Source of the DNA: Mobula hypostoma
Taxonomy: Eukaryota
Length of the DNA stretch: 64,000 nt
Direction of reading: 5' to 3'
Assembly (NCBI RefSeq): GCF_963921235.1
Contig: NC_086108.1
Location: forward strand, 15,996,001-16,060,000
Positions 25,416 to 37,122 of this stretch are shown here, piece after piece (position 1 is the first letter of the stretch; every line of letters begins with the position of its first letter). The position numbers and the translations under genes are program-made. The notes beneath the pieces are model-generated. The model was not told the origin of the DNA. It saw only the letters and a program-made list of their open reading frames with translations, and did not search any database.

Positions 25416-25974
25416 ATCTAATCTACTTCTCATGGGTCAGCTGGAAATCTTGTTGCTGATTTTGAGAAGCCCTTTTAACTGATGCCAGGGGTTACAGAGC
25501 CATAACTGCTAAATGGAACTAGGTTGAGATGTAGGGATTTTTATAGTAACTTGCTGTATATTTATTTACATTGTACTGCAAAACAATGTATTTCATGACA
25601 TGTCAGTGATAATAAACCTAATAATCATTCCGATTAATAGAGTGTCGGTAAAAAAACTTTTTGACATTTCCACCCTGAAAGAAGGACTGATTATCTACCC
25701 TATCTATACCTCAATTTTTTTTATACTTCTGTCTCAATCATAAGGATAAGTAGCACGGAAACAGGCCCTTTAGCCCAATCCATCCATGTTGACTGAGTTG
25801 TCTGCCTTTGGCTCATAATCCCCTAAATCTTCCCTATCCATGTACTGATTTTTAGATTGTATGCACCACTACTAGTTTTAGCAGCTCATTCCAATTATCC
25901 TCCACCCTCAGAGTGAAAAATGTGCCCCTCAGGCCCCTGTAGTATCTCTCTCTTTTGGGGCCCCTGTGATTTTC

Positions 25975-27325
25975 ATAATTGCCTTGGATGACGATGTGGG
26001 AGGGTGTGTTAGTAATTCTGCAGATGACATGAACGTTGTTGTGGATAGTGTGGAGAGTCGTCGTAGGTTGCAGCAGGATAGCAACAAGATTCAGAGTTGG
26101 CCTGAGAAGTGACAGATGGGGTTCAACCCAGTAAAAAGTGAAGTGATCCATTTTGGAAGGTTGAGTTTTAAGGCAGAATACAGGGTTAATGTCAAGATTC
26201 CTGGCAGTATAGAGGAACAGAAGGATCTTGGGGTCCACATCCCTCGGTTGATGTGAAGGTGATAGGGTTGTTAACAAGGCGTATGATGTGTTGGTTTTCA
26301 TTAGTCGGGGGCTTGCGTTCCAGTCCCATGAGATAATTTTGCTGCTGTATAGCTGGTTAAACTGCACTTGGAATATTGCTCAGTTCTGGTCGTCTCATTA
26401 TACAAAGGATGTGGAAGTTTTAGAGAGGGTGCAGAGGAGATTTTACCAGGATGCTGTCTGAACCTGTCTTAGGAATAAAAGAGGTTGAGAGAGCTAGGGC
26501 TCTTCTCTTTTGGAGTGGAAGGATCAGAAGTGTACAAAATGATAAAAAGGCATAGATTGGAGTGGATAGACAGACATTTTCCCCTAGTCAGAAATGACTA
26601 ATACATGGGGACATAACTTGAAGGTGATTGCAGGAAAGTAGAGGAGGGATGTCAGGTGAAATGGTGGTCGAGGCAAATACAGTGGTTTGGCAGTTGTCCG
26701 GTATCGGACCGCTAAGCACTCCAGCGTGTGGTGAAAACTGCCCAGTGGATTATCCGCACCCAATTGCAAACCATTGAGAACATCTACCATAAATGCTGCC
26801 TGGGCAGGGTGAAAAGCATTATCAAGGACGCATCTCACCCTAACCATGGACTTTTTACTCTCCTCCCATCCGGTAGGTGCTACAGGAGCCTCCGCTCCCG
26901 CACCGGCAGGCACAAGAAGAGATTCTTCCCTGAGGCTGTGACACTGCTGAACCTCACATCACAGCACTAAGCAGTATTGCATCCATACTGTACCGTCTCA
27001 TTACTTCTATATTTGTGTGCTGTAGCACTTACTTTTTATTCGCAGTTATTTTGTAAATAACACTATTCTTTGCATTTCCGGTCAGATGCTAACTGCATTT
27101 CATTGGCTTTGTATCTGTACTCGGCACAATGACAATAAAGTTGAATCGAATGGAATCTAATCTAATCTACATTAGGGGCATATAAGAAACTTAGACACGT
27201 GGATGATAGGAAAATGGGGGGCCTTGTAGGAGGGAAGGGTTAGATTGATCTTGGAGTAAGTTAAAAGGTTGGCACAACATTGTGGACCAAAGGCCTGTAC
27301 TTGCTGTAATGTCCTATGTTCTATA
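25975..27325 (+). mobile_element. Decayed CR1 with a nested Rex1/Babar 3' fragment (about 26658-27170)
   Basis: CR1 RT remnants on both sides. ORF 26728..26970 has KDASHPNHGLFTLLPSGRCYRS and the insert ends in an (AATCT)n tail. Confidence 0.8.
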
Positions 27326-27582
27326 GCTTTGCATTTAAAGTGCACCAATAAATCTGGAAGCAAAATATTTTTCTAGAAAGTAAAGCACTACTAGATACAT
27401 AAGAGGCCTTTTTTTTAAAAAAAAAAGCTCTTAGATAGGCACATGGGTGATGGAAAAATGGCTGTGACAAATAGATTGATAGAGTAGGTTAAAGAGTCGG
27501 CACGACCTGGTGAGCTAGGGCCGTGTACTGTGCTGTACTGTTCCAAAATCTGTGTACGCCTTGCTGTAAATTTGAGCGGAGT

Positions 27583-27664
27583 GATGCAAATGATGAGTAT
27601 TGGGAAATGTGATGTCAATTGTCTTCAAGGCAGGTGATCTTCAAAGTAAACACTCTGATGCATC
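27583..27664 (+). ncRNA. SNORD105: Box C/D snoRNA, SNORD105 family (variant guide)
   Basis: Stem GATGCA/TGCATC. Box C ATGATGA 27590-27596 and box D CTGA 27655-27658. Guide TTCAAAGTAAACACT has one mismatch to 18S, 3 nt upstream of box D. Confidence 0.88.
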
Positions 27665-28296
27665 CTGTTTATGGTTTGGAATCTGATTACATGGCGGTGA
27701 TTTTGGCATATCATGTTTGTCTTGGCTCTGATAGATATGCATGCAGTATATGATAAATTGCTACTATTGTCACTAATAATTTTTTTTTGTTGACAGGTCA
27801 AAGGCTTTAAACCTCTCGCCTTTTCAATATGTACGTGAGTGCTTAATTTAGTGTTATTTTGTTTTAAAATGGCTTTCCTCCATGGTGGAGTTTTGGCATA
27901 CCAAGTTTTTAAGACAGGTGTTTGTTTAATGACCAAAAAGGGAGAGTTATTTCTTGTAGCATAAGCAGAGAGTCTGGGAGGAGATTGATATCTTTTGCTG
28001 TGATGCAAAAGAATTCAGTTTATTTTCTGAGGCACCAACGTTATTGTTCTAGACTGGCCCATTCAACACATGGATGGTTGAGGTTGAGCTGAAACAAGTG
28101 CCATTAATTCCAGGTCACTCTGGTATGGGTAATACGTGCAGACTTTGACATTCCCCATTATCTCACAATGGGACAGAAAGCGTGTACTGGTCTATAGGTA
28201 GTGATTGTGAGAGGCTTGCTATGAATCCTGATTGATTTAACTCCCATTCAATTCTCCAATACCTGCAAACTTGAAAGTGAGCTTGATCAGCCATTT

Positions 28297-29570
28297 CATA
28301 GAAACATAGAAAACCTACAACCCAATACAGGCCCTTCGGCCCAAGATGCTGTGCGGAGCATGTAATTATTTTAGGAATTACCTAGGGTTACCCATAGCTC
28401 TATTTTCCTAAGCTCCATGTACCTATCCATGAGTCTCTTAAAAGACTATCGTATCCACCTCCACCACCATCACCGGCAGTCCATTCTGTGTGTGTGTGTG
28501 TAAAAAAGAAAAAGCAAACAAATAACAACAGCTTAACCCTGACATCTCCTCTGTACCTACTTCCAAGCACCTAAAAACTGTGCCCTTTCATGCTAGCCAT
28601 TTCAGCCCTGGGAAAAAGCCTCTGACTATCCACATGATCAATGCCTCTCATCATCTTGTACACCTCTATCAGATCACCTCTCATCCTCTGTTGCTCCAAG
28701 AAAAAGAGGCCGAGTTCACTCAACCTATTCCCATAAGGCATGCTCCTCAATCCAGGCAACATCCTTGTAAACCTCCTCTGCGCCCTTTCTATGGTTTGCA
28801 CATCCTTCCTGTAGTGAGGTGGCCAGAAATAAGCACAATACTCCAAGTGGGGTCTGACCAGGGTCCTATAAAGCTGTAATGTTACCTCTCAGCTCTTAAA
28901 CTCAATTCCACGATTGATGAAGGCCAACGTACTCCGTATGCCTTCTTAAGCACACAGTCAACCTGCGCAGCAGCCGAGTGTCCTATGGACTCGGACCCAA
29001 AGATCCCTCTGATCCTCCACACTGCCAAGAGTCTTACCATTAATATTATATTCTTCCATCATATTTGACCTACCAATATGAACCACCTCACACTTTCTGG
29101 GTTGAACTCCCACCTGCCATTTCTCAGCATGGATTTGCATCTTATTGATGTCCCGCTGTAACCTCTTGACATCCCTCCACTTCTTCATCCAGGTCATTAA
29201 TAAAAATCACAAAGAGAAGGGGTCCCAGAACAGATCCCTGAGGCACGCCACTGGTCACCTGTCTACAACCACTCATTGCCTTCTGTGGGCAAGCCAATTC
29301 TGGATCCACAAAGCAAGGTCCCCTTGGATCCCATGCCTCCTTACTTTCTCAATAATCCTTGCATGGGGTATCTTATCAAATGCCTTGCTGAAATCCATAT
29401 ACACCACATCTTCTGCTCTACCTTCATCAATGTGTTTAGTCACATCCTGAAAAAAAAAATTCAATCAGGCTCGTAAGGCATGACCTGCCTTTGACAAAGC
29501 CATGCTGACTATTTCTAATCATATTATGCCTCTCCGAATGTTCATAAATCCTGCCTCTCAGGATCTTCTA
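28297..29570 (-). mobile_element. CR1 LINE fragment
   Basis: YMDFSKAFDKIPH and RGDLIEVYKMMRG motifs. Same family as 50882-54640. Confidence 0.9.
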
Positions 29571-30052
29571 CAAAACCTTAAAGCTCAAAACTCAATTAAG
29601 CAACAGTTGATCCTGCAGCTATCTGTTCAGTGGATCTACTTATCAGTGGTGGTGTTTGTATGTGATGTCTGTCCAGGAGAGCTTTCTCTCGCCCTCAGAA
29701 GTCAGGCAGATGTCACAGACAGGTTTTGGTTGCAGTGGATGACCATGGCATCTTTTGTGCTTTGTCACACCCTTATTTCTGCAGTGTTACAGTTTTGTGT
29801 TCCTGGCAGTTGGATCTCACTGTACACCTCAGGCTGGCTGTAATACATGAGTGTTTTAGTTTTCTAAAACTACAGGTTGATGTCATGAAAAATGATTTTG
29901 CAGTCCTACAATAAAATTTTGTTAATTTTAACCATTGGCAACGATTTTCATGAGGTATTGTGTTGAGACTTATCACCAGAAGGAAGTGTATATTAGCTTG
30001 CTGGCTATTATGTTTGAGGTGATTACCATGGGCAGAATTGCTAGTAATGAAT

Positions 30053-30128
30053 AACAGGATGCAAGTGATGACATACTTTTTTGCTGATTTTGGTGAGGCT
30101 CAAAGTAAACGCTCTGATGCATTCTGTT
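30053..30128 (+). ncRNA. SNORD105: Box C/D snoRNA, SNORD105 family
   Basis: 11-bp stem AACAGGATGCA/TGCATTCTGTT with one G:U. Box C GTGATGA 30065-30071, D' CTGA 30084-30087 and box D CTGA 30114-30117. Perfect guide TCAAAGTAAACGCT. Confidence 0.93.
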
Positions 30129-30719
30129 TTATTGTGTGTACATGCCCTTAATATCTGTGAAGATCTAAACACTAATTTTCTGATGAATATCATCACTAAT
30201 CTTGGGCAGCTCTTTTCATGGTGATTTAACCATGCAGTTTGTTTGTACCCCCGAGTTCACTGTGCATATAGTGAGACTAATGCATAGGTAAGCTATTTCT
30301 TTCAGACAGAGGCTGTGATGTGAGAAGGGGCTGGATCAATGGGCTTTGTCAGTGGATCCTTCAGTGCGGAGGTTTCCAGACCTATAGTCACAAGGAACAA
30401 GAAAAATGCAGTTTCCATACAGCAGCGATATTCAGGACGAAATCCAGTTACTGGATAATTTGATCAGTTGAAGGTGGCGATAGATAAATATTTGAATTGA
30501 GGGTATGACAAACTGTCACAGGAGAGGAATGGAAGTCAGCTTGAATCAGCGCTTATCTTTATGAATAGGCAGGCTTAAAGCTACTCTTATTTTCTTATGT
30601 TCAGAGACAACTGAAGACCTGATTGCTGATTTTTTTTTCAGCAGTGCGGTCTAATTGATGGTGGAGGCCTCTTGCAGGTCCTGAAGTGCGAGATTTAATG
30701 AAAGAGCTTTTGTGGGATC

Positions 30720-33500
30720 TGGTAAGTTTCTTCTGTCTTTTGTCATCTGTTAATGTATACTTAGAACACTGAGAATGATTCAGTTATGTTCTTTGTGTGA
30801 GATGTGGGAATTCTGAGTGACCTCTGGTCCCCTGGATAACCACAGATGCACTGTCAGGAGATGGAAGGGAAGTGGGCAGCCAGTACAGAGTACTCCTCTG
30901 GCCACTCCATAAATAACAAGTATACCATTCTGGATATCTGTGAGGGAGACGGTCTCTGACACTGAGCCAGGTGCTATGGCTCAGAATGGAAGTGGGGGAG
31001 GTGGGGGGGTGGTTTAGAAGAGGACGGCAGTAGTAAAAGGGGATTCCATTGTTTGAGGAGTAGGCGTGAGATTGTGTCACCCAGATAATAAGTTGCCTGC
31101 CGGGTGCCAGGGTAAGGGATGTCTTGGATCGAGCCCACGACATTCTAAAGGGGGAGAGGGAACAGCTAGAAGTCTTGCTATATATTGGCACGAATGTCAT
31201 GGGTAGGAAAGGTGAGATATTCTTGAAGAGAGATTGTGGAGAGCTAGGTGGAAAGCTGAAAAGCAGGATCTCTAGGGTAGTAATATCATTAACAGTGAGG
31301 GTAAGAATATGATGATTTGGCAGATGAATGCGTGACTGTAGGGGGCAGGGTTTCAAGCTGTGTTGGAGAGGGTTTTAAACTAATTTGGCCTAGGAGATGG
31401 TAACTGGAGAATAGGGCTGGGTTTACAAGCAGAGGCAGTGGTAGTGAACATGTCAGGAAGGACAGGCAGTTAATAGGGCAAAATTTCAGTCAGTGGGATG
31501 AGCTGCAGTTTAAAAGGGGAACAAAATCGAAAGGAGTGATGGATACATGATTGAAAGTGTTGTGTTTCAATGCACACAATATCCAGAATAGTGTAGATGA
31601 TCTTGTACAGTTAAAGATTGATAAGTTTGATGTTGTGCACATCATTAAGTTGTGGCTGAAAGCAGATCACAGTTGGGAGCTTAACCTCCAAGGATATCAA
31701 AAGGACAGGCAGGTAGGCAGAGGGGGTGGCGTGGCTCTGTTGGTAAAATACGAAATCAAATCATTAGAAGGTGATGTAGGTTTGGAAGATGTAGAATCCT
31801 TGTGGGTAGAGCCGAGAAACTGCAAGGGTAAAAAGACCCTGGTGGGAGTTGTATACATGTCTTCAAACAGTAGCCAGGATGTGGGCTACAAATTACAACA
31901 GGAGTTAGAAAAGGCATGTCAAAAAGATAATGTTATGATAGTCATTTGGGGGGGCGGGGTGAGATTCAGTATGCAGGTAGATTGGGGAAAATCGGGTTGG
32001 TGTTGGATCCCAAGAGGGAGAATTTGTAGAATACCTATGAGATGGCTTTTTAGAACAGCTTGCAGTTGAGACCACTTGGGGATCAGCTATTCTGAAGTGC
32101 ATGTTATGTAATAAACCAAATTTGATTAAAGGAAAGGAACCCTTAGGAGGCAGTGATCGTAATGATAGAATTCACCCTGCAATTTGGGAGGGATGTAAAA
32201 GTCAGATGTATCAATATTACAGTGGAGTAAAGGAAATTACAGGGGCAGGAGAGAGAGAGAGAGAGGCCAAAGTTGATTAGAAGAGGCCACTTGCAGGGAT
32301 GACAGCAGAGCAGCAGTGGCTGGAGTTTCTGAGAGCATTTTGGAAGGCACAGTATAGATACATCCCAAACAAGTAGTGGTATTCTAAAGGCAGGATGAAG
32401 TTACTGTGGCTGACAAGGGAAGTCAAAGCCAACACAAAAGCAAAAGAGGAGGCCTAAAATAGAGCAAAAATTACTCAGAAGTTAGAGGTTTGGGAATCTA
32501 AAGCCAGCAGAAGGCAACCAAATAAAAGCCATGGGTAAGAAAATGAAATGTGAAGATAAGCTAGCTAATAATATCAAAGAAAATGCTAACATATTTTCCA
32601 GATATATAAAGAGTAAAAGGGCTGAGAATAAATATTGGACTACTGGAAAATGAAACTGGAGAGGTAGAAATTGTAGACAAACTAAAAGAATTTTGCATCA
32701 GTCTTCACTATGGATGACACTAGCAGATGCCAGAAGTTCAAGAATATCAGGGCAGAAGTGAGTGCAGTTATTACAAGGAAGAAGGTGCTTGGGAAACTGA
32801 AAATTCTGAATATTGATAAGTCAGCTGAACCAAATGGACTACGCCCCGGAGTTCTGAAACAGGTAGTTGCAGAGATTGTGGAGGCATTAACAATGACCTT
32901 TCAAGAATTGATTCTGGCATAGTTCCATAGAACTGGAAAATTTAAAATTTCACTCCACTCTTCAAGAATTGAGGGAGGCAGAAGAAAAGAAATTAAAGGC
33001 CAGTTAGCCCGACTTCAGTGGTTTGGAGTCTAGTGTTAAGGATGTGATTTCAGGGTACTTGGAGTCACATGATAAAACAGGCCAAGTCAGCATGGTTTCC
33101 TTAAGGGAAAATCTTCACTGATAAATCTGTTGGAATTTGAGGAAATAAGAAGAATGATGGATCTCATTGAAACCTATAGAATTTTGAAAGGCCGAGATAG
33201 TGGATGTGGAGAGATGTTTCCTGCGGTGAGGGAGTCTAGAATCAGGGCTCACCCTCAATATAGAAGGATGTCCATTTAGATGAGGAATTTCTAGCCAGAG
33301 GCTATGATTGTGTGAAATTCATTGCCACAGGTGGCTGTGGAGGCCAAGTCACTGGGTATATTTAAAGAGGTTGATAGGTTCTTGATTAGCCTGGGCATGA
33401 AAGGTTAGAGGGAGTTGGCAGGAGAATGGGGTTGAGGGGGAAATGGTGGAGCAGAGTTGATGGGCTGAATGGTCTGATTCTACTACGTCTTGTGGTCTTG
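30720..33500 (+). mobile_element. Long decayed CR1 LINE with ORF1 (esterase-like), APE and RT remnants
   Basis: ORF1-like CLPGARVRDVLDRAHDILKGE...IGTN. APE-like LCFNAHNI and RGGGVALLVK. RT linker and 3' end with large internal deletions. Confidence 0.85.
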
Positions 33501-36500
33501 TGTTGGGTCACATTGAAGGTAGAATCCACATTTTCATTCACCTGTGGTCTGGGCAGTTTATGAATGTTTATTAATTCCAATATGCTACATTTTTTATAAA
33601 CAACACCATCCAGGATTTGTGGGCAGAAATATCTAAGTTACAAAACTTATGTGCGTAAAGTTTTGGCACAGCTTTTGAAAATTTAATCTATATTGTCTCA
33701 TTTGTATCTGTATCTGAAGAGTTAAAAAGTTTGGCGGGGGGGGGAGAATCCCACAATTCTCCACTCCAGCTCCATCAGATGCACCCATCCAGCATGAGGT
33801 AGTTTGCTTACTTTAAATATAGTTTGTTTTTCCCATACTTTCTCCAAATCAACCTTACTGTTCCAAACATTATTTTTCCTCATCTTATTTCCCTATCACT
33901 TCTCCCTTTAGTCTTACTATATTCAGTCTGGCTCTTACTGGAGTTATTCACATGACTTCCTACGAGTTCTGACAAAGGCTTTGACCGACAACATATTATC
34001 TGTGTTTCTTTGCAATAGTTGTTGCCTGATGTGCCAAATGCTTCCTGAATTTTGGTCTTTACTTTGTACATCCTATCAATTTCTTTTTCCCTAGGTAGAA
34101 ATATACATTGCCTGCAAGTGAAGTGTCTTCTCAGGAATTGCTGTCCTGTCGAGATGTCAAGCAACGATGGTTCGATTTTACCCTGACTCAGAATGATACT
34201 ATTTAAGTTATCCTTCCTGCTATTTTAAATAAATAAACAATCTACTGTGGATCCTCTTTACCCCCCCTCATTTATCAATTTTAACATTATCTGTTGAACA
34301 CTATGCTGATCTTTGTAAGTGGTATTTATTTTTTGCTGCTGAATAAGTAGTTTTCTGTAAAATGAAATTGTCTTGGACCAGTGTAATCTAAGACACCAGA
34401 ATCGGCTGTTGAATGTTGGAGGGTGATGACAAATCACTGAGGCACTAAGGCAGTGGCACTCATTGCCATCGATGGGCTCCAAACTTCATGATTTGCTTTT
34501 ATTGCCTATCAATATCTACTTTGCGTTGTTGACAGCCCTGCTGAAACCCATTACCTTCCTTCTGTGGATCTGAGTTTTATGATGAGCAGTAATCAAATTA
34601 GGAACATCTTTCTGGTGTGTACTAAAGTGCAAGCTCAAAATAAGATTTTGTTCACTCAGCTCCTTGTGCTGCCTTGGCTTTCATTACAGCAGCTATAGTA
34701 TATGGAGAACTGACAAGTATGGGTTCCCTTGGTTGCCCTTGATTGAATCAAAGCCCATGAAGAGGTCTGAGCTCTGAAGGGAATCTTGTAGAACTAGCAA
34801 GCAAAGCTTGCGCCACCAGGAAGCCTGTAATGTCGCCAAATTAATGGTTATTCATTTCTTAAAGAAAATAAAATCTGCATTTGCTCAATATGACATGAGT
34901 GACTCCAAATCTGCACTACTGTAGTTATCTCTTGTCTATCCTTCGAGTTGCCTGAGCAAGCCAAGTGGTTGCATCAAAGTCACTGAGTAAAAGTAAAAAG
35001 CAGCTAAACTATCTAGCATTTGATTTGGGGATCTTATTTAGGCAAGGTAAAGACACTGCTGGCTCAGTCAATTTTGCTGTTTCACAAACTGCTAGTACCT
35101 AAACAGAGTCCCATTATTGTGTAGAGCAATGGCCTAACAGTTATGCACACAGAATCGTTCCTGCGAAGCAGTGTGCCAGATTCCATCACTAATCTTGGGC
35201 AGGTCTTGTCACATTAGAGATGATGTTGCAGAGGCACATGTGGGAGAAAAAGGATCTGATTCTAAACCCTATGACTTTTAGTTGTACCAAGCAATGCTAG
35301 TTCCATTTTACCCTGGCTTGGGTGATCCTGTTGAAGTTGCAGTTTATACTTTGGGTCTTCTCTGTCCTCTCTTAATTAAGTATTTAAAAATTAATCTGAT
35401 AACATGTCACATCACTGTTTCCCAGCTCATAACATTATTTATCATTGTTAAATGACACTTGCAGCTAGTATTTGGGAATTTTAATGTCTATCACCACTGG
35501 CTATGTTCTGAAGATAATTGTCAGGATCTTTGGCAGCTAAGTAAATGAATAATATAATAGTATAATATCCCTAATTCATTTTCACCAATCTACATGTAGG
35601 TGAATCATCATTATCAATGTCAAGACACAGCCCTTGTTGAAACTGCTCTCACTTTATCTGGGACATCATTGTATTAGGATGAACCCAAATCTTGCAGGTC
35701 AAAAGTGCATTAATGATCTGAAGTGCATAGATTTTGGCCTTTCTCAAAAAATAATCGAATGGTTTAGTATTGGAGGGACTTATCGATGCATGAAGAAATA
35801 GGATTTACCGTGATAATCAAATTGCCCCTTCGCCAATCACCCACAAAGCCATCAATTCTGTCATCCAAATCAATGATACATAAGAAGCAGTCCCAACATT
35901 TACCCCTGCAGAACATCACTAATCACTGGTATCCACCCAGAAAATCCCTTTAATCCTATGTATTACTTATACCAGTCAGCCAATTTTCTAGCAATGCTGG
36001 TATCTTTCCTGTAATACTATGGGATGAATTGGTGACAATTATCATGAGTTGTGATGGTGGTGATGAGTCACCATGTAAAAGTGAGATCGATCATGTGATT
36101 GAGTGATACTGCAGCAACAACCTTGTGCTCAGTGTCAACAAAACAAAGAATCATCCCTGACTTCATAAGGGGAACTCAGGAACAGGTATTTTCCTACAAC
36201 CAACAGTTCTTGAAATGACCAGCATAACCCTAACTCAGCAACTCTATGACCACATTTTGCACTTGTTATTGTTTCTTTGCACTAATATTTTGATTTGCAA
36301 ACTTTTTCTCTTCATGGTCTTGTACAATTTACTCTAAGGTTTGTATGTTAACTGAATTGGCTGTAGGTGTGTCATTCTACTGCAAACAAGTTTTGCACTG
36401 CAATTGTACCTCACCTTATTTATGCATATGACAATGAGCTCCTCTTTACTTGAGAATCATGGAAAATTAACTCAAGTTCAGCATCAACATTAAACTTGGC

Positions 36501-36938
36501 AAAATCTAACGTATGATCATTCAGTACAGTGGTTCCCAACCTTCTTTGGCTCACTGTCCACTCGGGTCCCAGACCACAACCCCAGCACCTCTCCCCCCCG
36601 CTCCCCCCATTCTGGCCATTACATAAAAACTTCCAAGAATTTTGATTTACGATGCACAGTGAAAGAAAATAGGAACTGCAAATTCAATGCAGTGGCAAAT
36701 AATTGCAAAAATATTCAAGTCTATGTAAAGCTACAAATAAATTATTTATTTAATTACAGTAAATTAAATTTTAGAAACATAGAAAACCTACAGCACAATA
36801 CAGGCTCTTCAGCACACAATGCTGTGCTGAACGCCTACTTACTTTAGAAATTACCTCGGGTTAGCCATAGCTCTATGTACCATATTTTTCTGAACAATTT
36901 TAGAGCGTATGTTAGTAGTCCAACCTTTCAATGAGATG

Positions 36939-37122
36939 CAAACAACAGGAATTCTGCAGATGCTGGAAATTCAAGCAACATACATCAAAGTTGCTGGTGA
37001 ACGCAGCAGGCCAAGCAGCATCTATAGGAAGAGGCGCAGTCGACGTTTCAGGCCGAGATGAAGGGTCTTCCTATAGATGCTGCTTGGCCTGCTGCGTTCA
37101 CCAGCAACTTTGATGTATGTTT
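36939..37122. mobile_element. Fold-back Penelope terminal-repeat insertion with 14-bp TSD
   Basis: CTTTCAATGAGATG at 36925-36938 and 37123-37136. Perfect inverted arms at 36977-37032 and 37066-37121. Confidence 0.9.

Larger units (their letters stand above)
16976..34245 (+). ncRNA. Putative spliced non-coding snoRNA host gene
   Basis: Starts at the promoter. Short candidate exons at 17431-17464 (AAG|GTAAGA), 23036-23070, 27797-27834 (CACTAAT branch, T-tract, CAG; donor GTGAGT) and about 30238-30287 (TAG|GTAAGC). Terminal exon from 34095 with AATAAA at 34228 and 34232. Four same-strand snoRNA copies and no recognisable protein ORF. The exon model is inferred. Confidence 0.6.

Noticed and set aside
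30641..30721. Exon-like segment with T-tract acceptor and GTAAGT donor
   Set aside because: It abuts the 5' end of a CR1 and may be element-derived, so it was not counted as a host exon without RNA evidence.
34579..34640. ATGATGA box C-like motif downstream of the poly(A) signal
   Set aside because: No box D or guide at a suitable distance.
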